A stretch of DNA of 64,000 bases from Phyllosticta citribraziliensis. Taxonomy: Eukaryota. The notes under the pieces are model-generated. The model had not been told where the DNA came from and did not search any database. It saw only the letters and a program-made list of their open reading frames with translations. This document shows positions 12,215 through 23,859 of the stretch, piece after piece; position 1 is the first letter of the stretch; each line of letters opens with the position of its first letter. The translations under genes and the position numbers were made by a program. The stretch spans positions 1,488,001-1,552,000 of the forward strand of contig NW_027117344.1 in NCBI RefSeq assembly GCF_038025025.1. The letters run 5' to 3'.

Positions 12215-13890
12215 CTAACCCATAAAATGCTCATCCGTCACGTCCTCGACGCTAGCACTGTGATTCCTTCCCTTTTCTCTCCTGCTCTTCCTCATAGCAC
12301 CATCACACCTGCCACCACCGTACGTGCGACCAAGCCTGCGTCGAGCCACCTCGCTGGTGCCGAGTCCGCCCGCTGCAGCGCCCAAGACGGTGCCGACAGC
12401 TGCGCCAGGCACGAAAGCGTCACCAACGAGTCCGCCGGCAATGGCGCCCAGCGTGCCTGCCGCAGCAACGCTACGGGGAGAGTCGTAGTCGCGCGCACCG
12501 TCGAATCCTGAGCCCTCTTGGATGCGCTCGCCAACGCCGTTGCGATTGGAGCCGGTGCGAGATGGCGCGCGGGAAGCCTGGCGCGAGCCGGTGACTGATG
12601 AGGCGGCTGTGCGTGAGTAGGCTGGATGGTATGGGGAGCGGAGGCGCGGGTCCGTGTTCACAGCGATCGAGTGACGGCGGCGGGACTCGTTCTTAGCGCG
12701 TGAGTGGTGGCCGTGGCCGCCATGGGCGCCGCCGTTGGTGGAGCTGTGGATTGAAGAGTGGCGGGAAACAGATGATGAGGCGGGTTGCTGATATGGGTTG
12801 TAGTTTGGAAGATAGGGAGAGCTGTTTTGTGGCATGTAGGCGGGCGTGTGGTTGTAGAATTGCGGAGTACTGCCTGGTGGATGAGCGGCGTTGTACGGCG
12901 AAGCTTGCCCGTTTGCTGTCGCTGTTTTTGCTGGGATGGAGTGAAGATTGCTGTGAGGTATGTAGGGCTGATTCATGCTGCGAGAGTCGACAGAGGAAGC
13001 GCGAGATGAACGCGAACCAGGTGGAGGAGGTGGGAAACTTGTTCCATAGTAGCCAGCACCATTCTAGCTGCTGTTAGCTGGTATGTCATAGCTTGGTGGT
13101 CGCTTTTTCTTACCTGTTGCATCGACGCTGGATTGGTCTGCGCCTGAGTCTGTGGCGTCATATTTTGAGGAGACACCGTCTGTCCATGAGTCACTGGCAC
13201 CGTTTGTCCTTGGACGCTGATTGCATGGCCGTTTGGACTCGGATTGTGAGTCATAGGGCTCACTGACTGACTGGGGAGATTAGACGCCGCATGGGTTTGA
13301 GGGAGATTCAATTGGCCGTGTCCATATTCTGCTGGATTGTAGGGCTTTGCGTGAGTGTACGCAGCCGGATTGTGAGGCTGCGGATGCGCATAGATCTCAT
13401 CAGCGGCAGAGATGGGTGGCTGCTGTTGTCCATAGGGTTGGATTTGAGGTGGCATGAAGTGAGTACGGTAGTACTCCGCGCCTTGAGAATGCGCCCTGGG
13501 ATCCAAGTCGGGTGGAATGTCCTCGTCGGCGTACCGGTCGAAAGATCTCAGGCGTCCATGATGGCTGCGTCTCCTCTCGCGCTCCCGGCCCCGGTGGTCC
13601 TTTTCGTCACTGCTGTCGCTGCGACGCTCCTTGCGGCGATTACGATGTTCGCGCTCAAACTCATCACCAGAGGTGTAGTAGTCGGAGGAATAGTAGTCGT
13701 CGTCTTCGTCAGAGTACGATGGTGAGCGGCGGTGGCGGCCGCGGCCTTCACTCTGGCTGCGGAGCTTCTGTTCTTTTTTGCGGAGTTTCTCTTCCTTGCG
13801 CTTGAAGTAGCCTCCGGGTAAGGCTTCGAAGATCTTGTCGGGGAGTTTGTCGGCCCCGTAGGAGAGAGCTTTCAAGGCCAGGACGGCCAT
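12215..13890 (-). CDS. Hypothetical low-complexity protein with C-terminal glycine-zipper-like hydrophobic segment
   Basis: Two ORFs join in frame through intron 13113-13064 (GTAAGA, GCTAAC branch, TAG). N-terminus MAVLALKALSYGADKLPDKIFEALPGGYF; C-terminal AGTLGAIAGGLVG...GTVLGAAAGGLG. Confidence 0.75.
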
Positions 13891-15396
13891 TTTTGCATCG
13901 GGAAACGCCAGGTTGGCAACAGTACTGGGGGCGGACCCCGAGCTTTATACGATGATGTAAGAGAATGGTGGCTGGGCCGGGGCGCTGACAGCAGGGATGC
14001 GGGATTCCGAGTGGAGGAGTGAGAGTAAGGATCGATGGATGAGTGGAGGGTGGGTCCTTGCAGGCAGTCGGTGTGCTGGCCGTCAACCAGTCAGCAGCAA
14101 AAGAGATGTCACAGCGAGGATGAGATGCAGAATGGGCGCTTTGAGGAGGACGAGGATAGGTTGGAAAAAATGGAGTGGAGGTGGAGGGGCCCCCCAGTCG
14201 ACGAATCCCACTTTGGCAGGTAGATAAGCGGCCAGCGGCTTGCAGCAAGAGGCCGTTAGCCTGGATACCGGCCACCGTCAGGCGCAGCTTTGACGTCATG
14301 CCGCACCTTCTTCTAACCTCACCTCAAGCATTCATGTCATTTCTTCATCTCCTTGGGTCGGGACGGGAGTCAACCACTGCTCGGCCGCGCCCTCGCTGCC
14401 GACGCCCTCGCTCACCTCACCTCACCCTACCCTCTCCGCAGTCGCACCAATTCCAGCCTTCTCGTCCTCGCTGCTCAGCCTTTCCAACACCACCACCTCA
14501 TGGCCGACGACGCCATATGCCGCACCAACGCCCACCGTGCCACCCGAAAGGTCGCGTGCTAGCCCTCCCGCCTGCCGTTGGTCTAACCCTCTGCGCCGCA
14601 TTCTCGGTCAGAAAACACTCCAGTCCATACCAACACTTGGCAAATCCGGTTTCTCTGCTCCGTCAACTCTCCATATACCTGCTTCAATCCAATCCCGCGA
14701 GGACGCGTTCCTTCCTTGGCTGTCCCTACTTTTTTTTTAACAACCTGATTCGTCCGATCCCCCCTACTTTGCCTCGTTGTGTGTAGCCTTGCCATTCCAC
14801 CGATTCACTGCCACTGTTGTTGGATTGGGATATAGCAGTGTCGCGGCGGCATGTAGGATCCACGTCAACGTGGCGTGTAGCGGGTGCACCCGGCAGTCTG
14901 GCACTTTGGATCCCTCGGAAAGCTTCCTCGGCATGATGGATGTAGTACAGGAGGACGTGTCACTTGGATGCGCTCGCAGCTCGAGCTGAATCCTGCCGTA
15001 GCGTGCGACGTTTGAAGGTAATTGTAGTCCATGATTTCATTGTCTGTCTGTCTTTTCTCTCTATCCTGCTCATTCTTGATTTTGCATTCCCGTCAGTCGA
15101 CCTGTCCGCTGTTTGGTGTGTGTCCCAACATTACGCCCTCGCCATGCTCCATGACGACAACTCCATACCCCGAGAACACAAACAAGCTGAAAATCAATCG
15201 CCCGGAATGCTCGTTTCATGCGTGTGAATCCGATGCCCTAAGGCTGGAAATGAAGGGGCACATTGTCGCAGCCGGCACACTTGCATCCCCACCGTTCCAC
15301 AGAAACGTGCCCTGAAATTACCCGCGCCCGAAATGTCGACAAAACAAAAGACTGCAATGCGTCTCCAGAACCTGAAACTTACGTGCCTTGCGTCTT

Positions 15397-18066
15397 TCAA
15401 TCGTCATCAATGACGATGACGACCCTTTCGCTGTCCCTGACAGCTGGATCGCCCTGGCTTGGGCGTTCCGACACCTCGCCTTCGCCATCAACGTACGGGC
15501 CCTGGAGACTCATGCTACGCATCATGCCTCGTGCAGCGACCGTGGGGTCTGGGCTGGAATATTCTGAAGTGCGACGAGTGTCCTCGCTTGCCTCTGGCGG
15601 CGGCTTCGTGTCGGTGTCTTCGTCAGAGGTGTCTTCATCGTCGGTGGTAGCCCAATTGACGTCCTCGCCCATGTTCTCCACCATGACCTCATCTTTGATT
15701 CCTTCATCCGACGCCGCGACGGAAGGGGATTTCGCGTGACTCTCTGGGGCGATCGTCGCAGAGCGTCTATCTTGTTCACCAGGGCTTGGGCTTTCCTCCA
15801 TGGTAAAGGCGTTTGGCATAGGCGCATCGTCGTCCGAAGCATCGCCATCTGCCAGCTCAAGTGTCTCGTCACCTTCATGGCGGCCTTCCACCAGCACATC
15901 GCCCATCACTCCACCCGGAACCCTGCCGAAAATCCTGTTCATGACCTGCTGTGGAAGTGGAGTTCTTCCTTCCATGGTGACGTCGTCAGGACCGATCGTC
16001 ACAGAGCTGACTCGAGGGTGCCTTCCACGAGAAGCATTTCTCACTGCCACTAGAGACGGAGAAAAGGTTGGAGCCCGCATTTCCTGTTCTTGAGCAGTCT
16101 CAATCGACGGCATCACGTTGGTCTCGTCGTCACTGGCATCCAAGTGAAGAACCGGGGGGCTGTCATGACGCGGTCGAGCAGCCCTGTATCCGTCCACGCG
16201 CTTGAGGACCTTGATACATTCCGCCATGATCTTCGCAAACACGTTTGGCGGCACAGCGTTGCCAATCTGTCTTCTCATGTCGGCTCGAGTGCCCACGAAC
16301 CGGTGGTACGTTGGAAAGCCCTGCAGACAAGCCATTTCCCTGATTGTGTACTTTCTTCTGCCCGACCAGTGATAAACGTCGCCCTCGTTGTTTGTGAGCA
16401 GAGTGCGAGTGCTGTGCTTGTCTGGTTCACCCGGTCGTCGTGGCTGATCGAAACGTAAACCCGGGTCGCGAGGGTTGTGTTCTGTCGCATCTCGAGGAAT
16501 GTCTCCCGCCGCCAGGCGTAGAGTTGTGAATGGAAGCAAACCTTGCTCTCTCAAGTCAAGACCCGGAGGACCGTGGGTAAACTTTGGGAATGATGGAAGC
16601 GGCACGCCGGGCGCGCTCGCAATCAAGAAAAGACGTGGGCGCGGTTGTGTGCATCCGTATGCCAGACAACGAATTACCGACCAACGAACAGAATAACCTT
16701 GATTGCGCACTGTGTTGAGCATCGAATAGAACCAAGGAATGTGCCTGTCGTGCGTCAAACCGCTCGTTTCCTCGAGGGTTGCAATTCGAGGCTTGATTTG
16801 TTTAATCAGCTCTCCGATGGTGAAAAGTGCTGCTGAATTCTTTTCGTCGTCCTTCCCGTCCGTGGTGTGGGCCTGCGAAAAGAACTGACACGGCGGCGAC
16901 ATGTGGAGTATGTCAACCGGCGGCTCTTGGTTGGTGGCAAATCCCTTGGCAAAGTCCGTTGCATCGATGCAACGGACGTGGGCGTGGCGAAAGTTTTGTC
17001 TGTATGTGTTGCAGGCACTTTCGTTGTTGTCCACTCCAAATTTGACCTCTAGTCCAGCCATCTTAGCACCGCGGCTTGCACCGCCAGCTCCACAGAAAAC
17101 GTCGCCAAAGGTATGGCGCCTCATGCCTTCATCGTAGGACGGCTCGATTTTGTCACCGCGCTTCCGCTTGAGCGGTGACACTGTCGGCTGTGGGACTGCG
17201 TTGAGTGTTGCTGCGGACCGTGGATCCTTGAGAAGTCCGCCACCGTTGTCAGCTTCCTCATACGTCAAGGGACGCAACTCGTTTCCACACGGCTTTGGCG
17301 CCGATTTCTTGTCCATCTGTTGGTCAAACGTCTGGATGAAGATGTTACGACAAGCCAAAACCTGTGATTCGGAGATCGCTTTCTTACTCCTCTCGTAAGT
17401 GAGCCTGTCCGATTTCTCGATGTGTAGTGTCGTGTCCTTGCGAAAGCTGTCTTCTGGCAACGGTTTGTCGGTCAGCACTAGACGACGACGCCGGACAAAA
17501 CTGTTGGCCGAGATCTCATCAAGTCCCTGTTCCGCATAAGGTCTGTGGTCGATCGAAGAGGAGTAGGTCCGAGCATAGAGGCAGACCTCGTTGAGCTTCC
17601 TATCAAGTGCCGGAGCGATGAAGTAGTGGCGCTTGAATCGAAGGCCTCGTAGGCGGACCTCGCCGGTCTTCTCGCTCTTCAAAATGTAAAAGACTCGCAT
17701 GAAGTCGTTGGGAATATCAACGTCGTTCGGATCCACGATGAACTCAACAGTGGTCCCAATGTCAATGCGACTTCCAGTGGGACCAAGTTCTGCTCTCTTG
17801 TTCTCGAAAACGTGCCTGTCGATGAAAAACCAGTCTTGGTGTAGGGGCAGATTCCTGAGCTTGATGGGACGCTTCTTGGAGACGACGGATATGCTGATGA
17901 TCTCGACCTCGTCATCGTCATCGTCGGGAATGGTGAGTACGTGTCCCATGCGGTTGGATCCGACATCGATATCTGCGAGCTCGTCGACGTCGATGAAGGC
18001 GACATTATCGCTGAAGGTGATGGGATTATTGGCCGACGAGCCTTCATCAGAGTCTGCGAGAGGCAT
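15397..18066 (-). CDS. rid: RID/Masc1/DmtA-family C5-cytosine DNA methyltransferase-like protein
   Basis: Motif I DVFCGAGG, motif IV SPPCQFFS, motif VI as EET (the E-Q/E-T variant of the RID/Masc1 clade rather than ENV), motif VIII QPRPRL, motifs IX/X TIREMACLQGFP and RQIGNAVPP. Long N-terminal domain and acidic tail. Probable 5'-UTR intron 18132-18073. Confidence 0.88.
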   Translation of the reverse strand: MPLADSDEGSSANNPITFSDNVAFIDVDELADIDVGSNRMGHVLTIPDDDDDEVEIISISVVSKKRPIKLRNLPLHQDWFFIDRHVFENKRAELGPTGSRIDIGTTVEFIVDPNDVDIPNDFMRVFYILKSEKTGEVRLRGLRFKRHYFIAPALDRKLNEVCLYARTYSSSIDHRPYAEQGLDEISANSFVRRRRLVLTDKPLPEDSFRKDTTLHIEKSDRLTYERSKKAISESQVLACRNIFIQTFDQQMDKKSAPKPCGNELRPLTYEEADNGGGLLKDPRSAATLNAVPQPTVSPLKRKRGDKIEPSYDEGMRRHTFGDVFCGAGGASRGAKMAGLEVKFGVDNNESACNTYRQNFRHAHVRCIDATDFAKGFATNQEPPVDILHMSPPCQFFSQAHTTDGKDDEKNSAALFTIGELIKQIKPRIATLEETSGLTHDRHIPWFYSMLNTVRNQGYSVRWSVIRCLAYGCTQPRPRLFLIASAPGVPLPSFPKFTHGPPGLDLREQGLLPFTTLRLAAGDIPRDATEHNPRDPGLRFDQPRRPGEPDKHSTRTLLTNNEGDVYHWSGRRKYTIREMACLQGFPTYHRFVGTRADMRRQIGNAVPPNVFAKIMAECIKVLKRVDGYRAARPRHDSPPVLHLDASDDETNVMPSIETAQEQEMRAPTFSPSLVAVRNASRGRHPRVSSVTIGPDDVTMEGRTPLPQQVMNRIFGRVPGGVMGDVLVEGRHEGDETLELADGDASDDDAPMPNAFTMEESPSPGEQDRRSATIAPESHAKSPSVAASDEGIKDEVMVENMGEDVNWATTDDEDTSDEDTDTKPPPEASEDTRRTSEYSSPDPTVAARGMMRSMSLQGPYVDGEGEVSERPSQGDPAVRDSERVVIVIDDD

Positions 18067-19619
18067 GGCGTACTTGGAGTTGGAGGTCCATCAGCTTTGT
18101 CGAAATGAATGTTTGGGGACATGTTGACTTACCAGAGCAGCACAACGAAGCTGAAGGAGATGGCTTCGATGGATAGCCAGCAAGTACTCAAAAGACAGAG
18201 CGTGTGAAGATGTGAGCCCGAAAGCTTGCGTTTGTCAGCTTTGCTCACGCAAAGAGCTGGAGAAGGGATGCTCTAGAGGAAAACGAACCCAACGGATACC
18301 GGTGAAGCTTTTGGCTGACTTGCCGGTCAGGTTGGGAATGCGTGAGAGGCTGGTCCTGAAGGCGAATGCCTGGTCAGTATTGGTACGGTCAATGTTGAGG
18401 GAAGTTGACTTACGAGACACAAAACTCAATAGGCAAGTCAGTGAAAATGGGGTTGAGTTTGCCTTCCAGGCAGCGGCTCGTGAAAAGCAGAACAAACTCA
18501 GCGAATGATCCAGTGCTGGAATCCAAGAGAGTCGTTCCAGTTAGAACGAAAGAGCCGTAGGCTTGTGAAAGGTAGTGGCCAACGCAGAGTAAGAGACTTT
18601 GTTTGTCTAGGAGGAGGCCCTGCCGAGAAACAGCAAAAAAGACGGCGTGCGTCCGCTCAAAGCGGCACGGTCTGTGCCCTTCGACCAAGAACCCAGAAGG
18701 AGGGCGAAGAGGTCAAGAGCCCTGGAAGGGTCGGAGAGCAGAGGTGCCTTTGTGTGTCAAGCAGGTGACGGGGACAAACTTTGTGGTGAGTGGTGTGGAA
18801 ACGGAGGACAAACGGATTCCTGTTGCCAACAATGCGGCCGACTCATAGACTCCCCATGAGGATGCCTCCTCGTCGGGGGCAACAGTGTCCCACGCTCAGT
18901 GCGAGGGGTGCGTATGTCGCCGGGGACGACCTCGGATTAAGCTTTTCAGCAACATGCGCTGGTTTTTCTCTCTACGACCCGTCACATCGCGATTGTGTCA
19001 AGAACTTGGACTCTACGCTGTTCAGACTCATCGTGGAGGCAAAGCAATGGTCTGTGGTGGCGTAAGTGGTTTAGTTGTGATGCTGATATACAGTGGTGAT
19101 GGAAAAGGATATTTTTTGAAAATATGTTGCCGCTCGGCTACTTCCGCATAATGTGAAGTCTATTCTTCGCGTAGGAATCCTACCAGGACCAAATTTTAAA
19201 GCTATGGAGAAATATTTGAAAGGCCATATGTTTTTGATGAGTATCTTACTGAATATGCACCCATGCATTATGGGATTTCTCAGGTTGACAATGTCACGCG
19301 CAGTGTTCATCCAAGTCGAAGAGAGATTGCATGGGTGCGCCGTCCAAAGGAGAAAGCTGGCGATGTCTGCACAAAAGAAGTTGGCAAGTTGGTGGTGGAG
19401 CGTTCTTCGAGGTCCTCCACGAGAATCGCCGCCAAGCATGGCATCCACGGACACCGTCGTCCCGAGTGACGAGCTCGGGGCTGCGACCTGTTCAAGGCCA
19501 AGCCTGCTGGCGCCCTGGCAGCACCAAGCCATCCAGGATGGGCGTTGGGTTCCAAGTGGAGGGGACGGTGACCGCAGTAGGCAGCGCGGTGTCCTTGGCG
19601 GAGGCAGAGACGCGCCGCG

Positions 19620-19625
19620 TGACTC
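19620..19625 (+). promoter_or_regulatory. TGACTC element upstream of ADE4 (possible Bas1/Gcn4-CpcA type site)
   Basis: Exact TGACTC ~630 nt before the ADE4 ATG. Yeast ADE genes are regulated through TGACTC, but a single hexamer can occur by chance. Confidence 0.3.
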
Positions 19626-20091
19626 GCCGGTGAGCGTGGAGAGACGAGCGAGCGAATGGGGCCGACGGCGGTTCTTGAGCGAATGACGGAGCGGGCGATG
19701 GGGATGATGTGGGCGTGAGGGTTGAGAGTCGGTGCAACGGCGGGGCGCACGCGACAGGGCCAGGGCACGCCGCGATACCGGCGCCCGAGATTTCACTTTG
19801 AGCCGGACTTGGACCGACACGCGCCTCTCTTAAACTTTTTCTCGCTCGCTGGGAGCTCCTCTGCTTCCAAAGGTTTCAAAATGCTATCCACCAGCTCCAT
19901 CGTCTCTTGGCCACCATCAACCTGGTCCACGTCGTCGCGACCACGACTCCGGCCTGCTCCCATCGTCACCCTTCCGCCCGGTTGACCTCCACGCTTGCCG
20001 TGCACCGCCAACCCCATCGTGCATTAGACGACAACCCCAAAACCCGCCGTAAGCGCACCCGCTGCCTGTCTTTCCCCAATCACCAGTCCAG

Positions 20092-20171
20092 TCACCAGGA
20101 TGAGCTAGTGTTTTTTTTATAGATGTTAGACTTCCGAGCTACAAGCTGCGGAGAAACCACTTTCTGACCTC
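20092..20171 (+). ncRNA. snR58: Box C/D snoRNA, snR58-like (25S Cm663-equivalent guide), in ADE4 5'-UTR intron 20049-20237
   Basis: C box AGGATGA 20097-20103. 14-nt guide ATAGATGTTAGACT 20119-20132 is complementary to LSU rRNA AGUCUAACAUCUAU. D' CCGA 20134-20137, C'-like GCGGAGA 20148-20154, D CTGA 20164-20167. The D box lies ~50 nt upstream of the branch site GCTGAT. Confidence 0.82.
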
Positions 20172-20248
20172 ATTGCATGATCCAATCTGCTTGGCGCCCT
20201 ATCTACAAGAACTCTGCTGATAGCCTGCTTCTCCCAGCCTCAACCAAC

Positions 20249-22068
20249 ATGTGTGGTATTATCGCCGTTATTCACGCGGATCCCGCGTCCACTTCCGCCG
20301 CCGTCGAGATTCACGACGCCCTGTATCTGCTCCAGCATAGAGGCCAGGATGCTTGCGGAATAGCCACCTGCGCCTCTGGCGGGCGCTTCTACCAGTGCAA
20401 GGGCAACGGCATGGCCTCCAGAGTCTTCCACGACGGCTCCAGAGTCGCTGATCTCCCGGGATTCATGGGACTTGGTCACCTCAGATACCCCACGGCCGGC
20501 AGCAGCGCAAACTCCGAAGCCCAGCCATTCTACGTCAACAGCCCGTACGGCATCAGCTTGACCCACAATGGAAATCTGATCAACGCCCCCGAGCTCAAGC
20601 GCTTCCTCGACCAGGAGGCTCACCGTCACATCAACACGGAAAGTGACAGCGAGCTGATGCTCAACATTTTCGCCAACGAGCTCAACGAGACGGGCAAGGC
20701 CCGTGTCAACGCCGAAGACTGCTTCACTGCTCTGGGTCGCATGTACAAGAAGTGCGTTGGCGGCTGGGCCTGCACCGCAATGCTTGCTGGCTTCGGCTTG
20801 ATCGGCTTCCGTGATCCTTACGGCATCCGCCCGATGGTTATTGGCTCCAAGCCCTCTGACACCGGCCATGGCACCGATTACATGATGGCTTCCGAGTCCG
20901 TTGCTCTCACCCAGTGTGGCTACAAGAACTTCAGGGACATCTTGCCCGGCGAGGCCGTCATCATCGAAAAGGGCAAGGACCCCGTTTTCCGCCAAGTTCA
21001 CCCTCAACTCGGCTACACCCCTGACATTTTCGAGTATGTCTACTTTGCGCGCCCGGACACCATCATGGACGGCATCGATGTCGATGAGAGCCGCCGCAAC
21101 ATGGGCTACAAGTTGGCCGAGACGATCCGCAAGGAGTTGGGTCCTGATGGCCTTGCCAACGTAGACTGCGTCATGCCCATCCCAGAGACTGCCGTGACTG
21201 CCGCTCTGTGCGTTGCAGAGGCTCTCGGAAAGCCCTACAAGCAAGGCTTTGTTAAGAACCGTTACATCTTCCGCACTTTCATCATGCCCACGCAGAAGCT
21301 GCGCCAAAAGGGTGTGCGGGCGAAGCTCAATGCCAAGCCCGCCGACTTCAAGGGCAAGAACGTCTTGCTTGTTGACGATAGCATCGTTAGAGGTACAACC
21401 AGTCGCGAGATTGTCCTCATGGCGCGGGAAGCTGGTGCTAAGAACGTCATCTTCACCAGCTGTGCTCCTCCTATCACGTAAGTGGTTTTGCGCCGAGATG
21501 AAGCTTTTTCTGACTCGATAACAGCAACGCACACATCTACGGCATCGACCTGGCGTCGTCTTCAGAGCTCATTGCCCACAACCGCACCAGTCAAGAAATC
21601 TCAGAAAAGATCGGCGCCGACGCCGTCATCTACCAGACCCTCGGCGACTTGGAAGCTGCCTGCGCTGCTCTGTCCCCGCGTGACCAAGCGTCCCAAAAGT
21701 TTGAAGTGGGTGTCTTCTGCGGCAAGTACGTCACTCCTGTCGACAAGGAGTACTTTGAGCATCTCGAGCGGGTCCGCGGTGAGAGCAAGAAGCTCAAACT
21801 CATGGAGAGCGCCCGGCAAGCCATCCTCCAGGGCGAGGCCACAGAGAGCCAGCTGCGGATGGCCGCCAAAGGTGCTCAAGTCGACAAGCATGGCAACGTG
21901 ATCCCACTAGATGGCCAAGCGAGCAACGCGATCAATGGAGTCGCGGGGGTCAATGGCACTGCGGCTGAGCGTCCCGACAACTTTGAAAGAAAGGGTACGG
22001 ACGACTCGCAAGTGCGTGTCATGGAGACCCAGGACATGAGCTTGCACAACATCAACGACCATGCTTGA
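20249..22068 (+). CDS. ADE4: Amidophosphoribosyltransferase (glutamine PRPP amidotransferase)
   Basis: N-terminal MCGI nucleophile, [25 protein letters not shown] and PRPP motif [12 protein letters not shown]. Intron 21478-21524 restores ..[13 protein letters not shown]. Confidence 0.97.
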
Positions 22069-22721
22069 GAGACGGATAAGTCTCCATGATTGTTTTGGGT
22101 GGATAACGTTGGATTCATGGGCGCATCGGTTTTGGGTTGGGACACTTGCATAACTTTTTTCGCTCGCAATATCCAAAAGGCATTCCAGGTTTGATGCTTT
22201 GCTTTGCAGGTTCAGTCGTCCGTTTCATCTAGCATCAGTAAGAGCATACGCTCGCAGGAAATTAAAAGACGTCAAAGAAGTCGAATGCAACTCAATCGTG
22301 TTCATTGTGAGGGAGGTCGGTCGTGCTCAAAATCGTCAATCGTCAATCATCAAACGTTTATCAACAGCAGGAGCCTCGTCACTCAAGAGCCAGACACACT
22401 ACAAGCCGACTGCCGTGCAAATGCTCTTCGGATCTAGAACGTTCCACCTACCTGCCTGCCCTGCGTCGGTCTGGAGGGACCCTGCGCGTTACCCAGACCG
22501 GACGCGACCAGACGCGTCTCCCTAGCCAACGTCCAAACTCCCCACCAGCCCTCGACCGACCACAACCCTCCTAAATTTGTACAGCCTCGCAATCTTTTAG
22601 ACGAACAATTCACAGGGCACAGGAAAACCAAAGTCGCGAATCGACAAACCTATCACTACCAGTGTTGAGCAACACCTACCCGCGTACCAACCCCACCGTT
22701 GCGACCCCGCCGCGCGCAACC

Positions 22722-23567
22722 ATGACGACGCCCTCCGAAACCGACCCCTCCATTGACGACGCCACAACCATACCAACCGCACCCATCCCTTTCAACTTCG
22801 TCCTGCCCGTCCCCGCGTCCGCTCCAGCGCGCGTGATAACGCACGTCCACCCAGTACCAACAGTCCTCCTCGTCGCTTCGCCTCCGCCCGCACTCACCGA
22901 CCTCTTCGTCGACACAATCAGCGCCGCGCTCGAACAATGGCACGACGAGGCACTCGGAGAGGCGCCCGGGGAGTGCGAGGTCTGCGGCAAGGCGAAGGAG
23001 GAGGTCTTGATGACGCCGGTGAGCTTCTTGGGGGAGGGCGAGGATGCGGGGAAGGACGGCGGCGACCACAAGGCTTCGACAGCAGCTGGGGCAGCGCAGG
23101 AGAATGAGGAGCGGATTGATGGGGTGGTGGGCGTGCCCGAAGCAAACTCCGACTCGGCACAAGCCCAGCAGCAGCAGCAGCAGCAGTCTCCGCAAAAGCG
23201 CGTCGACGTGCTCATCACGCCCATTTGCGCACAGCAATCCTGCGCAGCGCTCGCCCGCGCCAAACTGCGCCGCGTCGTCGAAGGACACTCGCAGGCGTCG
23301 TCGGATGCCTCACAACCCCAACAGCAGCAGAACTCGTTCGACCCACAGGCGCTCGACGACCTGGCCGAAGCCGCGCAGTCGTTTCGCCGCCTCCCTGGCC
23401 CCGAGGACGTGCGGTGCAGGGTCTGCGGCAGCGCGACGGATACCAAGAAGTGTGCGGGCTGTGGGAGGGTCAGGTATTGTGGGAAGGAGTGTCAGAGGCT
23501 GGACTGGAGGGCGGGACATAAGAGGGTTTGTGGGGTTAGTGTTGGGTCTGGCGAAGGGGGAGAGTAG
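22722..23567 (+). CDS. MYND-type zinc finger protein
   Basis: C-terminal CRVC..KKCAGCGRVRYCGKECQRLDWRAGHKRVC. Extra CEVC and C-x4-C pairs upstream; poly-Q tracts. Confidence 0.85.
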   Translation: MTTPSETDPSIDDATTIPTAPIPFNFVLPVPASAPARVITHVHPVPTVLLVASPPPALTDLFVDTISAALEQWHDEALGEAPGECEVCGKAKEEVLMTPVSFLGEGEDAGKDGGDHKASTAAGAAQENEERIDGVVGVPEANSDSAQAQQQQQQQSPQKRVDVLITPICAQQSCAALARAKLRRVVEGHSQASSDASQPQQQQNSFDPQALDDLAEAAQSFRRLPGPEDVRCRVCGSATDTKKCAGCGRVRYCGKECQRLDWRAGHKRVCGVSVGSGEGGE

Positions 23568-23859
23568 GAGTGACTGGGGCTCGGCGGAATACTGTGCCAA
23601 TGTTAGGTCGGAGAGGAAAAGAATGCTGCTGCATCAGATCAGGACAGCCAGAAAAAGATGCAGCTCCAAAGCGGCGACGCACAGGAGCATGCGGGCGGCA
23701 ATGGTCTGTCCTCGTCATCCTCGCAGGCCTTCGTCACGACCACAACATGTGCAGAACGTCCATCGCTGGGACAACGAGAGCAGGGTCGCTATTTCAAGAT
23801 CGATGCTTGCCATCCCACGCCTGTCCAACTCTCCAACGCAGACGCCTGCCCACATACTC

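Noticed and set aside
12213..12221. CCCTAACCC template-like motif
   Set aside because: It overlaps the last codons of a minus-strand gene and has no supporting structure.
19235..19252. TGATGA...CTGA in the AT-rich patch between rid and ADE4
   Set aside because: The boxes are only ~8 nt apart, with no rRNA complement and no host intron.
19881..19985. Possible uORF upstream of ADE4
   Set aside because: The transcription start is unknown and no conservation evidence is available.
20240..21532. 430-aa antisense ORF over ADE4
   Set aside because: It is the in-register mirror of a gene with strong codon bias and shows no protein-like motifs.
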